Part shown: one piece after another, positions 1 through 10,279 of the stretch
Layout of the letters: every line of letters starts with the position of its first letter
Numbering within the stretch: the stretch's first letter is position 1
Made by a program: the position numbers and the translations under genes
Assembly (NCBI GenBank): GCA_016866495.1
Contig: VGMG01000006.1
Location: forward strand, 28,513-92,512
Reading direction: 5' to 3'
Source: Chlamydiota bacterium
Lineage (GTDB): Bacteria; Chlamydiota; Chlamydiia; Chlamydiales; RGXB01
DNA length: 64,000 nucleotides
The notes under the pieces: model-generated
Database searches by the model: none
What the model saw: only the letters and a program-made list of their open reading frames with translations
Told to the model about the DNA's origin: nothing

Positions 1-66
1 TGCTCAAGCGTATAGAGAATGAGCTTGGGGTGCTTCTAGCGCGAAAGCTCGGTTATAAAGAAGAGT

Positions 67-1863
67 TTATTTTGACTTTGCACGAAGCCTAGCTTGGATA
101 TTTTCAGCGTCTTTTCGATGAATTCCCTCCACCTCTTGGAGAGCTTCAAGAGAGGCGCTTTCGATAGCTAACAGGCTTTTGAAGTGTTTTAAAAGCCTTG
201 CCTTTTTTAAGGGTCCTATTCCCGGGATTTCATCCAGCACTGAGGTTACGACCCTTTTTTCGCGTAGCTTTTTATGGTAGCTGATGGCAAATCGGTGGGC
301 TTCATCTCGTATTCTTTGTAAAAAAAAGAGTAAAGGACCCTGTGAAAGGAGCTTGGGGGTTTCAAAATGGGGCTGAAAGACTCTTTCGTTTGACAAGCCT
401 TTGTCATGGCGCCCCTTTTCTTTTGCAAGAGCTATGACATCTACTGTAGCAATCTTAAGCTCTTCAAATAGGGATGTGACAAGCCCTAATTGCCCTTTTC
501 CGCCATCAACAATCACAAGATCGGGTAGATCGCCTTTGCTATAGCGTCGATGAAGAACCTCTTTCATAGCAGTATAGTCGTCCCCTTTAGAAGAGCGTAT
601 CTTATAGTGGCGGTACCCTTTTGTCTCTTTTTTTCCATCGACAAAAGTTACCATGGAGGCTACAGGACTGGTTCCACCGAGGTTGGATGTATCAAAACAC
701 TCGATTCTTTCGGGTAGGCGATTCAGATCTAAGGTTTTTTGTAGGTCATGCAAAAGATCAAAACTCTCATTGAGCTCTAGTTGGGGTAGAAATGAAAGGG
801 CATTTTCTTGAGCCATTTCAAGAAGCTTTTTCTTCAAACCTTTTTGAGGAACATGAATTTTTCCCTTTATTGAGAAAAGCTCTTCAAGAATTTCACTCGA
901 TTCTAAAGGTGTAGGTATTAAAATCTCTTTAGGTCTTAGAGTCGATTCGGTGAGATATTGGGTTAAAATAGATTCTAGAGCGTCATTTTGAGTCGATAGG
1001 GAGTCCTCTTTTTCGATAAAAATTCGATCTTTGAGTTGCCCATCTCTGAAAATAAGGATCACAACAGCCATCGTTTTACCCACATAGGCGTAACCCACCA
1101 CATCCAAATCGTCTGGACATTGGGCTATAGGGCTTTTTTGATGCTCTATATATTGCTGGATTTTTTCTATTTTTTTGAGAATTGCTAGGGCCTCTTCGAA
1201 CCGAAGCTCTTTAGAGGCTTTTTCCATTTGACTTACGTATGTTTTGAGAAGATCGGTTGTATTTCCTTTTAAAAACCTCACAACCCCTTTCACCTGCTCT
1301 TGGTACGAAGATTTAGAGCAAAGTTTCATGCAGGGCGCCATACATCTTTTTATTGCGTGAAGAATGCAGGGGCGTTTCCTGGAAATGAGCTCTTTATCAC
1401 TACATTGCCTTAAGGGAAAGTTTCGTGTAAGAAGTTCAAAAAGTTCACGAGTTTTCCATGCACTGGTAAACGGGCCAAAAAACTGCCCTTTCTCCTGTAG
1501 AACACCCTTTTGGCGCACTAGTTCAATCATGGGCCATTCCTCGTGTTCACGAATCAAAATCCCAATAAAGGATTTGTCATCTTTGAGGAGTACATTATAT
1601 TTGGGTTTGTGCTGCTTGATTAGACTAGACTCGAGGATCAGAGCCTCTTTTTCTGAAAGCGTTACTATGGTTTCAATTTTAACGACTTGCTCAAGAAGCT
1701 GTGGGATCATTTCACGTGTGTCGTGCCCACTGTAGTATTGTTTAACCCGAATTTTTAAATTCTTTGCTTTTCCTATGTACAAGACCTGCTTTTTTTCGTC
1801 TCGCATAAGATAAACGCCACTTTTTGCCGGAAGATCATCTAAAAAAGGGGGAAACTGACTCAT
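67..1863 (-). CDS. uvrC: Excinuclease ABC subunit C (UvrC)
   Basis: 598-aa ORF. N-terminal GIY-YIG region (GVYLMRDEKKQVLYIGKAKNLKIRVKQYY). C-terminal helix-hairpin-helix (IPGIGPLKKARLLKHF). Confidence 0.95.
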   Translation of the reverse strand: MSQFPPFLDDLPAKSGVYLMRDEKKQVLYIGKAKNLKIRVKQYYSGHDTREMIPQLLEQVVKIETIVTLSEKEALILESSLIKQHKPKYNVLLKDDKSFIGILIREHEEWPMIELVRQKGVLQEKGQFFGPFTSAWKTRELFELLTRNFPLRQCSDKELISRKRPCILHAIKRCMAPCMKLCSKSSYQEQVKGVVRFLKGNTTDLLKTYVSQMEKASKELRFEEALAILKKIEKIQQYIEHQKSPIAQCPDDLDVVGYAYVGKTMAVVILIFRDGQLKDRIFIEKEDSLSTQNDALESILTQYLTESTLRPKEILIPTPLESSEILEELFSIKGKIHVPQKGLKKKLLEMAQENALSFLPQLELNESFDLLHDLQKTLDLNRLPERIECFDTSNLGGTSPVASMVTFVDGKKETKGYRHYKIRSSKGDDYTAMKEVLHRRYSKGDLPDLVIVDGGKGQLGLVTSLFEELKIATVDVIALAKEKGRHDKGLSNERVFQPHFETPKLLSQGPLLFFLQRIRDEAHRFAISYHKKLREKRVVTSVLDEIPGIGPLKKARLLKHFKSLLAIESASLEALQEVEGIHRKDAENIQARLRAKSK

Positions 1864-1899
1864 GGATATCCGCTTTATTCCTCCTGAGATGAGGATGCT

Positions 1900-4374
1900 C
1901 TAAAAAATAACAATCTGATCTTTAGAGGACAACCCTTTTTGTAGGGGTTTTTGGGACCTTTGTTTTTCTAGATTTTTCAGGATCTCTTGAGATCGGGAAA
2001 TTACCTGAGAGGGCAATCCGGCAAGCTTGGCCACATGAATCCCATAACTTTTATCGGAAGCCCCCTCTACCATCTTATAGGTAAAGTGAATCCCCTGGAG
2101 TGTCTCTTTAACTAAAACTTTTAGGTTAAAAACCCCCTCTATTGTGTCCATACACTCAGTAAGCTCAGAATAATGTGTGGCAAAAAGGGTCTTTGGGCCC
2201 AAAGGAGATCTTGCAAGGTATTCCAAAACGGACCACGCAATTGAAATTCCATCATATGTGCCCGTGCCTCGACCTATCTCATCTAGTAAAATAAATGATC
2301 TAGGGGTCAGATTATTCAGGATTTGCGCAGTTTCAGCCATCTCTACCATGAATGTAGATTGCCCCCTGTAAAGATCATCATGCGCTCCAATCCTAGAAAA
2401 GATCCGGTCAAACGGCCCGAGCGACGCAGATCTAGCAGGAACAAACGAACCTATTTGAGCCAAAAGAATTATAAGAGCAGTTTGCCGGATAAATGTTGAT
2501 TTCCCCCCCATGTTTGGTCCAGTGATAAGCGCTAGTCTTTTGTTTTCATCCAGAGTTAAAGAATTAGGAATAAAGCTTTGGTAGGGGAGAAGAGATTCTA
2601 TTAGGGGATGTCTGCCGTCCTCAATAATCAAATCGCTATCTTCTTTTACAACAGGACACACATACCCTTCTTTTTGCGCAGTACGGGTAAACGAGAGAAA
2701 TAGATCCAGCTTTGCAACATCGTCTGCCACTTTTTTAAGAAGAAAAGCTTGGGATAAAACTTGTTGGATCAAGTTTTTTAGGGCGTTTTCTTCAAGCCTC
2801 TTGAGGGTCTCCTCTGCACTCAAAGACTTCTCCTCAAAATCCTGGAGTTCTTTAGTGATAAATCTTTCTTGCTGTACTAATGTTTGGCGACGGATAAAGG
2901 AGGGGGGAATTTTGTGACTTTGAGCGCGACTCACTTCGATATAGTACCCAAAGGCTCTGGTAAAACTGACTTTGAGTGTTTTAATATCGAGCTCTTTACG
3001 GAGCTTTTCTTGGTAGTCGATTAACCATCTGTCCCCTTTCTCCATAAAGCCTCTAAGAGTGTCGATCTGTGGAAAGACCCCCTTTTTGAATATCATGGGG
3101 GTTGTCGGCCCATCACAAGGGATACAGAGCTGGTTATCGATCAACTCAAAAACTTTCTGAATATCGGGAAATTCCTCTATCAAAGAGTGCGCGGCTGTAC
3201 CTTCAAAAGAGGCCATTTTAGATTTCAATGGCAAGAGCGCTCTTAAAGAAGAATGAATCCACAAAAGTTCTTTTGGTGAATTTTGAGTATTAAGCAAGCG
3301 ATATAAAAGCCTCTCGATATCATGAACACCTTTGAGTAAATGGACGATCTCTTGCACAATCGAGGGTTTTTTCAAAAAGGCAAGCGTAATAAGCTGGCGT
3401 TCTTCAATTTTTTTTGTGTCAATCAAGGGTTTTTCTAAAACCTCTTTAAAAAGGCGCCCTCCCATTGCTGTGGTTGTTTGATCAAAAAATTCTAAAAGAC
3501 TTGAAGAGATATTAAGATGGCGGTCTGTCCTGTGGTCGATGAGAAGATAGTCTACCATAGTTTCGATTTTTACAGACGTGAGAGAAGATATATTTTGTTG
3601 ATGGTCCTTGAGGTAGGAATAAAGAGCTCCAAGAGCATTGATTGCCGCAATTTTTCCATTGAGACCCAGACCATCTAATTGTTGGACACCAAAATGAGCT
3701 AGCAAAAGCCGAACTGAGTTATCGTGGTGGAAATAGAAACTTTTGGCTAATGAGATTCTAAATAAAAAGTGCCGCTTCAAATCATCGAGAAAAAGGGTCT
3801 CTTTTTCATGGAATTTTTCCTCAAAAAGAAGCTCTTTCGGCTGTTTTTGCACGAGTAGATCCATAAGCTCTACTTTAGACTCTACTTCAAAAACAGAGCT
3901 GGAGTGGGTAGAAAGATCCACAAGAGCGACGCCGTAGATCTGTTTTAGTTGGTAAATCGATGCAAAAAACTGTTTCCGTGTAACTTTTTGCTCGTTTGGA
4001 CCTACGTAGGTTGCAGGGGATTCAATTCTTGCCAAAGATCTTTTTACGATCCCTTTAGTCGCCTTGGGGTCTTCTGTCTGCTCGGCAATAGCGACCATGA
4101 AACCCTTTTGGATCAACCGCTCTAGGTAGGTTTCAAGCATATGCTGCGGCACACCAGCCATCGGGACTTCTTGCCGTTTCGTTAAAGTAACGGAACAGTT
4201 TGTTGCAAGCAATTGTGCATCGTCAAAAAAAGCCTCATAAAAATCTCCGAGCCGAAAAAGGAGAAGAGCATTTGGGCAGTTTAATTTAATTTGGTGCCAT
4301 TGGAGCATCATCGGGGAAAGATCAGAAATCGCGTAGGGACCAAAAACAGGTTCGTGCTCGAGATCTAAGCTCAT
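1900..4374 (-). CDS. mutS: DNA mismatch repair protein MutS
   Basis: 824-aa ORF. N-terminal mismatch-binding motif (TPMM-like SPMMLQW, GDFYEAF). Walker A GPNMGGKSTFIRQ. DEIGRGTGTYDG. Confidence 0.95.
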   Translation of the reverse strand: MSLDLEHEPVFGPYAISDLSPMMLQWHQIKLNCPNALLLFRLGDFYEAFFDDAQLLATNCSVTLTKRQEVPMAGVPQHMLETYLERLIQKGFMVAIAEQTEDPKATKGIVKRSLARIESPATYVGPNEQKVTRKQFFASIYQLKQIYGVALVDLSTHSSSVFEVESKVELMDLLVQKQPKELLFEEKFHEKETLFLDDLKRHFLFRISLAKSFYFHHDNSVRLLLAHFGVQQLDGLGLNGKIAAINALGALYSYLKDHQQNISSLTSVKIETMVDYLLIDHRTDRHLNISSSLLEFFDQTTTAMGGRLFKEVLEKPLIDTKKIEERQLITLAFLKKPSIVQEIVHLLKGVHDIERLLYRLLNTQNSPKELLWIHSSLRALLPLKSKMASFEGTAAHSLIEEFPDIQKVFELIDNQLCIPCDGPTTPMIFKKGVFPQIDTLRGFMEKGDRWLIDYQEKLRKELDIKTLKVSFTRAFGYYIEVSRAQSHKIPPSFIRRQTLVQQERFITKELQDFEEKSLSAEETLKRLEENALKNLIQQVLSQAFLLKKVADDVAKLDLFLSFTRTAQKEGYVCPVVKEDSDLIIEDGRHPLIESLLPYQSFIPNSLTLDENKRLALITGPNMGGKSTFIRQTALIILLAQIGSFVPARSASLGPFDRIFSRIGAHDDLYRGQSTFMVEMAETAQILNNLTPRSFILLDEIGRGTGTYDGISIAWSVLEYLARSPLGPKTLFATHYSELTECMDTIEGVFNLKVLVKETLQGIHFTYKMVEGASDKSYGIHVAKLAGLPSQVISRSQEILKNLEKQRSQKPLQKGLSSKDQIVIF

Positions 4375-4781
4375 GATTTATTAAGGATCTTTTGGATAAC
4401 GGTTAAAATAGAGGGTGAAGTTTTTATTTCATTTGACGGAAGCATATCCTGGATGACTTCTATCCATTTTTGAGCCTCAGCAAGCTCTTTTCGGAGTTGG
4501 TTTTGCTGTTTTTTTATCTCAGGGGTGGGATTCAAGTTATATAAAGCAATCGCTTCATCAAGTTTTGGCCCAAAAAGGTTTTTGAGATCTTCGGTAAGGG
4601 GTGTTTGTGGTGTAATGATCGATGCGGGTTTATCTACAGCCCCTTGAAGATAAGGGCGTGCGACCTCTGAGGTGAGGCGGGCGCGATACGGCTTTACATT
4701 TTCTTGTGAGTAGGTGGTTTTTTTTTCTGTAACCGCTTCTTTTATGTTTGTAATTGAAGGATTGGAGTCTTGAACTTGCAT
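4371..4781 (-). CDS. Hypothetical protein (136 aa), stop overlaps the mutS start (ATGA)
   Basis: Open frame filling the glyQS-mutS gap on the same strand. 4-nt ATGA overlap with mutS suggests translational coupling. No recognisable domain, no TM segment, no clear Shine-Dalgarno. Confidence 0.45.
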   Translation of the reverse strand: MQVQDSNPSITNIKEAVTEKKTTYSQENVKPYRARLTSEVARPYLQGAVDKPASIITPQTPLTEDLKNLFGPKLDEAIALYNLNPTPEIKKQQNQLRKELAEAQKWIEVIQDMLPSNEIKTSPSILTVIQKILNKS

Positions 4782-4850
4782 AGAGTTATTTTAAATCCAT
4801 TTTGGATTTTACTCAATCTTAATCCAAGAAAATTCGAATTGGCAGATTCT

Positions 4851-4882
4851 TTTTAAAATATCAGGGAGGGTGCCCCCTCCCT
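4851..4882 (-). terminator. Hairpin terminator candidate downstream of glyQS
   Basis: Perfect 8-bp GC-rich stem AGGGAGGG / CCCTCCCT with 4-nt loop (4863-4882). On the minus strand it is followed by GATATTTTAAAA. It lies 10 nt after the glyQS stop. Confidence 0.5.
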
Positions 4883-4891
4883 TTATGGAGT

Positions 4892-7837
4892 TTAGAGGAG
4901 ACCTAACAGGGGTGTTGGGTTTAATCGTTTCTCAAAAAGCTGGGAGGAGGCCCATAACATTTGTTGCCTATTTTCTTTGAGCGATCTATCAGGGTCGTTG
5001 ATGTGAACGTGATCAAAAAGGGCATCTATTTTTGGCTTTAAATCCAACAATTCGATCAACAAAGGCTCATGAGGAAGAGTTTTAAGTAAAGAAAACAACT
5101 CTTTTTCTTGTGGAGTCACAAAATGGTTGGGTTCTACTAGACGTTTGTGATCTACTGCTTGACCTTTGACACGTCTATAAATCTCAAGCCACTCTTTGAA
5201 TGCAAGCGGATCTTGGCGTAGTTTTTTTAGCTCATCTGCCGTTTTAAATATTTTCATAATATTCAGTTCTGATGCCGCAATAAGAGCTTCTACTTCCTCT
5301 TTAGTGTAGCTTGCTTCAAGAAGCAGAGTCTTGAGACGGCTTCTTATGAGATGAACAGGCTCTTGACGATTTTTTTGTTTAAAGGGTGTGTCTTTATAGA
5401 TTGCAAGTAGTTGCTCTATCATCGAATCCATATTTACATCCCAACAAAGTTTTTGGAGAAGTTTCACAATCGAGAGAGCTTGGCGCCTTTGTGCATACGG
5501 ATCTTTTGAAGAGGTTGCCAGCAAATTGACAGTTGAAAAAGCGATGATATTATCGAGTTTATCTATAAGAGAAACGATTTGGGCGGTTTTAGTCGAGGGG
5601 AGTGGATCGCTTTCCATTTGTGGTTGATAATGTTCGCAAATAGCGTCGCTTGTATCGGAGGATACAGGGATAAGTTTAGCATACATAGAGCCCATCAACC
5701 CCTGAAGTTCAGGAAATTCTCCCACGACATTAGAGTTAAGATCCCCTTTACAAAGCTCAATAGCCTCAACAACGCTCGAAAAATTCTCGCCAATCAGGGA
5801 ATGAAATCTTTCGGCGATTTTCACCATTCGGTCGATTTTATTTTTATAGGTTCCAAGTTCCTTTTGAAAAACGACTTTATCCAATTTTTCGGTCATCTTT
5901 AAAAGGCCGAGTTTTTTGTCCTCTTCAAAGAAAAACGCCCCGTCTGAGAGTCTGGCTCTTAAGACGCGACCGTTGTTTTCAAGAATGTGTTCTTTTGTCG
6001 GTGCATCAAGAATTACGCAAGCCTCATTGGTGATTTTGTTGTGACGATAAATGGGAAGGTAGCGTTGGTGAACAATCATCTCAAGCTCAATCAACTGGGG
6101 GGGCAATTTTAAGAAGTTAGGATCGAATTGAACAAATCCTACCTCAGGATATTCGCTCAAATAGATCAATTCACCGATCAAGCGCTCGATTCCGGTTGCC
6201 CCTTCAGGCAAAGCACTTAAAATCATTTGCTTTCGTTTTGAGGGATCAAGGATGACACAATGTTGCTCTAATTTTTCAAGATACTCGCGTACGTGCCCTA
6301 TTGCTATAGGTTTATGCATGCGTTGTCTATGACCCCAAGTGATTTTCTGGCTATGCACCTCGGCGAATTCAATAGGGATATTTTTATCACCGTAAAGGCA
6401 GATCAAGCCCCTTACAGGTCGAGCGAAAGGGATGTTTGAAGCATTCCAGCGCATGGACTTGGGTGTTTTTAATTTGGAGAGGATTTTGGGGATCTCTTGT
6501 TGTAAAAGAGTAGCAATATCCTGTGCCTCTATTGTTTTTTTATGAAAAACATAACCACCTTCAATCCAAAGTGTCGAGTCAAGACCCTTTTGGAGCTCTT
6601 CTAGTGTTGGAACATTTTTGTGAATAGAGGAAAAGAAAGCATTTGCAACAGGTGTTGGTTCGTTTGATGGGGAGTATAACGCTACAATACTAGGCCCCTT
6701 CTTACCCGTTTCGCAGGGTTCGGTTGTGGTTTTAAGTTCTCTTACAATTAAGGCAAGACGTCGATGCGTACTATAGCTTTCTAAATCGGCATGACTTGCT
6801 TTTACAGATTGGAAAAACTCCTTAAAATGTTTCTCAAGTTCTTGTGAGAGATTGGGCACATAATGGGCAGGAAGATCCTCTGTAAAGACCTCTAAAAGAA
6901 AATCTTCACAAGAGCCCATACCATGATGTACAACGGTATCAAAGGTGTGTCGCGGGGTAATTTGCTTTTGATACTTCAAAAGAGGGAAACCCATTTTTTT
7001 TCTCAAATCGAGATACTCTTTAGCGGTCAAAGCGGCAAGCTCGCGCACCTTGAGGATGTATGATTGCCTTTCAGTTACTGAGATAAATCCTCTAGCATCC
7101 AACATATTGAAAGCATGAGATGCTTTATTCACAAAATCATAGGCAGGTATGGGAAGGTTTTTTTCGATAAGCCGTTTTACCTCTTTCGAGTAGAGCTCAA
7201 AAAGATTGAACCACAATTCACTCGAAGCCTCTTCAAGATTGTAGCGACTCGCTTGGACTTCTCTTAAGTGATATAGGTCTCGATAGGAGTAGACACCTCC
7301 AAATGGGACATCGTAAATGGAGGATTTGTGATTGATGAACATGGATAAGCGTTCAAGACCGTAAGCAATCTCTACCGGAATAGACTCCATATCGATACCA
7401 GCTACGGATTGAAAGTAGGTGAACTGGGTGATTTCCATCCCATCGCACCAAACTTCCCAACCTAATCCCCAAGCACCCAGAGTGGGGGACTCCCAGTCAT
7501 CTTGGACAAATCGGATGTCATGATCTTTTTGGCTCAAACCAATCGACTCCAAAGAGTCGAGGTAGAGCTGAATGATATTTTCCGGAGCAGGTTTTAAAAG
7601 AACCTGGTACTGGTGAAAAAGCTGCAGGCGATTAGGGTTTTCTCCATAACGGCCATCTTTCGGGCGTCGAGAGGGGTCAATGTGTGCAATTTGGCAAGGT
7701 TCAGGCCCCAAAGAGCGCAAAAAAGTGTGATGGGAAAAGGTCCCCGCTCCTTTCTCGGTATCGTCAGCTGCGACTATACAGCAGCCCTGTTTGCTCCAGA
7801 ATTCATTGAGTCGCATAACGATATTTTGAAAGTCCAT
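4892..7837 (-). CDS. glyQS: Glycine--tRNA ligase, fused alpha+beta subunits (GlyQS)
   Basis: Single 981-aa ORF. The N-terminal ~290 aa match the GlyQ alpha subunit (MDFQNIVMRLNEFWSKQGC, DGRYGENPNRLQ, WGLGWEVW). The remainder is GlyS beta-like. A fused form is typical of Chlamydiae. Confidence 0.95.
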   Translation of the reverse strand: MDFQNIVMRLNEFWSKQGCCIVAADDTEKGAGTFSHHTFLRSLGPEPCQIAHIDPSRRPKDGRYGENPNRLQLFHQYQVLLKPAPENIIQLYLDSLESIGLSQKDHDIRFVQDDWESPTLGAWGLGWEVWCDGMEITQFTYFQSVAGIDMESIPVEIAYGLERLSMFINHKSSIYDVPFGGVYSYRDLYHLREVQASRYNLEEASSELWFNLFELYSKEVKRLIEKNLPIPAYDFVNKASHAFNMLDARGFISVTERQSYILKVRELAALTAKEYLDLRKKMGFPLLKYQKQITPRHTFDTVVHHGMGSCEDFLLEVFTEDLPAHYVPNLSQELEKHFKEFFQSVKASHADLESYSTHRRLALIVRELKTTTEPCETGKKGPSIVALYSPSNEPTPVANAFFSSIHKNVPTLEELQKGLDSTLWIEGGYVFHKKTIEAQDIATLLQQEIPKILSKLKTPKSMRWNASNIPFARPVRGLICLYGDKNIPIEFAEVHSQKITWGHRQRMHKPIAIGHVREYLEKLEQHCVILDPSKRKQMILSALPEGATGIERLIGELIYLSEYPEVGFVQFDPNFLKLPPQLIELEMIVHQRYLPIYRHNKITNEACVILDAPTKEHILENNGRVLRARLSDGAFFFEEDKKLGLLKMTEKLDKVVFQKELGTYKNKIDRMVKIAERFHSLIGENFSSVVEAIELCKGDLNSNVVGEFPELQGLMGSMYAKLIPVSSDTSDAICEHYQPQMESDPLPSTKTAQIVSLIDKLDNIIAFSTVNLLATSSKDPYAQRRQALSIVKLLQKLCWDVNMDSMIEQLLAIYKDTPFKQKNRQEPVHLIRSRLKTLLLEASYTKEEVEALIAASELNIMKIFKTADELKKLRQDPLAFKEWLEIYRRVKGQAVDHKRLVEPNHFVTPQEKELFSLLKTLPHEPLLIELLDLKPKIDALFDHVHINDPDRSLKENRQQMLWASSQLFEKRLNPTPLLGLL

Positions 7838-8044
7838 AACAGATACGTGGTTTTAGGTGTTTCTTTTAACGAAGAGCCTCAATTCATCTAACTAAAGAAA
7901 AGAGAAACTCACTCTAGCTTGTTTTAGTGTAGATAGGAGTTTAACGCTTTACCCCAATTTTTCTCTACGGCAAATATGGGGGATGAAACAGCTTGTTAAA
8001 ATACTTTTTTCATATATTTTTTGAGAGGATAGGAAAATAAAGGG

Positions 8045-8078
8045 GAGGTTGGTATTCTTGAAAAAACCTCTTTTTTTT
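8045..8078. terminator. Orphan hairpin with flanking A- and T-runs in the glyQS/pgsA divergent spacer
   Basis: GAGGTT (8045-8050) / AACCTC (8065-8070), 14-nt loop, followed by 8 T (8071-8078). No upstream plus-strand gene for it to terminate. Confidence 0.3.
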
Positions 8079-8131
8079 CTAAAAACTTGGCTGGAAAAAA
8101 AAAGAGATAGATCCAAAAGTCGGAGTACATC

Positions 8132-8743
8132 TTGAATCTTCCCACGGCTCTAACCGTTTCCAGAATAATTCTTTGCCCCTTTTTTTTAGCTATCTACCTC
8201 TACCCCTCAAGAATTGGGCTAACTGGGCTATTGCAAGCTTTTTTGCTGATTTTAATGATGTTTTTTATGCTTGTTACTGACGCCTTAGACGGATACCTTG
8301 CACGTAAATGGAAAATAGTTACAAAAATTGGCAAACTTTTAGATCCGATGTCTGATTGTATCGTATTCCTTTCGATATTTTTTTGTTTCACAAGGGGGCC
8401 TATAGACCTGCCTCTTTGGATTCCGATTGTGATGATGGTAAGAGAGATATCTGTGGTCTATTTGCGCTCATTAATTGCTTTGCAACAACAAGCGATGGGA
8501 GCTAGATGGACTGGGAAATTTAAAACAATCGTGCAGTCTCTAGCTTTAGGGGTCACCCTTTTTGGTCTTTTGCTAGAGGCAAAGGGTGTGGTGGGGATAA
8601 GATTCCTCCAGGAGGTCTCGTTCTGGGTATTTTGTTTCACAGCCTCCGTTTCGGTCTTTTCTTTAATAGAGTATGGATTCCATTGCAAGGATGTGATAAA
8701 AAAGAGTTTCAAGTCTTCTTTGACTGATGAGATATCGGGGTAG
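8132..8743 (+). CDS. pgsA: CDP-diacylglycerol--glycerol-3-phosphate 3-phosphatidyltransferase
   Basis: 203-aa multi-TM ORF with TTG start. CDP-alcohol phosphatidyltransferase motif DALDGYLARKW...GKLLDPMSD. Confidence 0.85.
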   Translation: MNLPTALTVSRIILCPFFLAIYLYPSRIGLTGLLQAFLLILMMFFMLVTDALDGYLARKWKIVTKIGKLLDPMSDCIVFLSIFFCFTRGPIDLPLWIPIVMMVREISVVYLRSLIALQQQAMGARWTGKFKTIVQSLALGVTLFGLLLEAKGVVGIRFLQEVSFWVFCFTASVSVFSLIEYGFHCKDVIKKSFKSSLTDEISG

Positions 8744-8751
8744 CTAAATCT

Positions 8752-10203
8752 CTAGAAAGAGGTAATTTTTTTATAAACCTCTAGATAGGCTTTCGTGGAA
8801 TTGGTCCATGAAATATCCACTTTGCAAGCGTTTTTTTGCCTCTCTCTGTAACTGGGAGTAAGAAATTCGGCCAGGGCACGCCCCACTATCCAGTTCACAC
8901 CCTCAATATCTGCATCTAAGAAGGTGTAGCCATTGATCGGATTTTTTGGTGTAGCATCCGCCAAATCAAAAACAGTGTCATTAAGCCCGCCCGTTTTTCT
9001 AACAATCGGAATTGTGGCGAAATAGAGGCTATAGAGCTGAGTGAGACCGCAAGGTTCAAAATAGGAGGGGACAATACAAAAATCGGCCGCTGAAAAAAGT
9101 TGCTCGGCCAGCTTTGGATTAAAGCCGAATACGATGCGTACACGATTGGTGTGTTGCCAAGTCTCTTCAAGTTCGGTAAACAGCTTGCGAACGTGGTGAT
9201 CTCCATCAAGACCTACTAAGATAAATACACCCCCTTTTGAGAGGACATGTTTTGCAGCTTCGTAGATAAGATGGGGGGCTTTTTGCTCAACAAGCCGTGT
9301 AACTGAAATAAGCCAAGGGGATCCTTTTGGGTTTAGCCCCAGCTCTGTAGTAAGCTTTTGTTTCATTTGGCTTTTAAGTTCGAGAATTTTTTCCAGATTT
9401 CTGGCTTTTACTTCCGTGGAAATTTCTATATATCGCTCAATTTCTAACGGGTCTAGGCCATTCAAAATTCCCGTAAATTCTTTTTGCCGTTTTAAAAAAA
9501 TCTCGTGAAGTCCTCTCCCTAGCTCTACAGTTTCAATTTCTTTGGCATACGTGGGTGAAACTGTGGTGATATGGTCACAAGCTTTTAAACCTCCGAGCAG
9601 AAGATTGAAACGGTAGGGTATATAAAGATCTTCAAGATATTTGCAGGCAATTTGCGAAAAAAGACCTGCATCTTCAAGGGCGTCATAAGGGGTTATGCCC
9701 TGATAGCTTAGGTTGTGGACAGTGAGCAAAAAAGCGGGGCGTTTTAGCGCTCTTTTTACCTCATCAAAAAGAATGGGGGTCACAGCTGTTGGCCAATCAT
9801 GTAGGTGAATAATAGGGGGATTTTTTTTGAGTGCTGCAAGAAGATCTAACGAGGCCTTCACAAAACATAAAAATCTTCGAACATCGTCATCGAAACCGTA
9901 GATTCGATCACGTTGAAAAAAATTCGACTGGGAATCTAGATCCACTAGGTAGATATGAATTCCCTCATAGATAGATTTATGAACATTCGCAGTCACTTTT
10001 TCACACCCAAATTGAAATTGGACGTTCTCTTCCATTTTTATAAGAGGAGGTAAGTGGTGTTTTGCAAAAGGGTAGAAGGGAATGAAAATGTCTACAGAAT
10101 GGCTTTGGCGAACCAGCTCCTTGGACAAACCAATAACAACATCGGCAAGCCCGCCCACTTTGGCAAACGGTGCGCACTCCGGAGTGAAATGGGTAATATG
10201 CAT
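8752..10203 (-). CDS. glgA: Glycogen synthase (ADP-glucose type)
   Basis: 483-aa ORF. N-terminal ECAPFAKVGGLADVV motif. C-terminal GT-B motifs (PSYFEPCGLTQLYSL). Confidence 0.95.
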   Translation of the reverse strand: MHITHFTPECAPFAKVGGLADVVIGLSKELVRQSHSVDIFIPFYPFAKHHLPPLIKMEENVQFQFGCEKVTANVHKSIYEGIHIYLVDLDSQSNFFQRDRIYGFDDDVRRFLCFVKASLDLLAALKKNPPIIHLHDWPTAVTPILFDEVKRALKRPAFLLTVHNLSYQGITPYDALEDAGLFSQIACKYLEDLYIPYRFNLLLGGLKACDHITTVSPTYAKEIETVELGRGLHEIFLKRQKEFTGILNGLDPLEIERYIEISTEVKARNLEKILELKSQMKQKLTTELGLNPKGSPWLISVTRLVEQKAPHLIYEAAKHVLSKGGVFILVGLDGDHHVRKLFTELEETWQHTNRVRIVFGFNPKLAEQLFSAADFCIVPSYFEPCGLTQLYSLYFATIPIVRKTGGLNDTVFDLADATPKNPINGYTFLDADIEGVNWIVGRALAEFLTPSYRERQKNACKVDISWTNSTKAYLEVYKKITSF

Positions 10204-10279
10204 ATACTGTTGAATAATCTAATCTAAAATTATTGTCTAAGTATATGCACAAAAAACGTTTAAAAAAATTGGGTAGATT

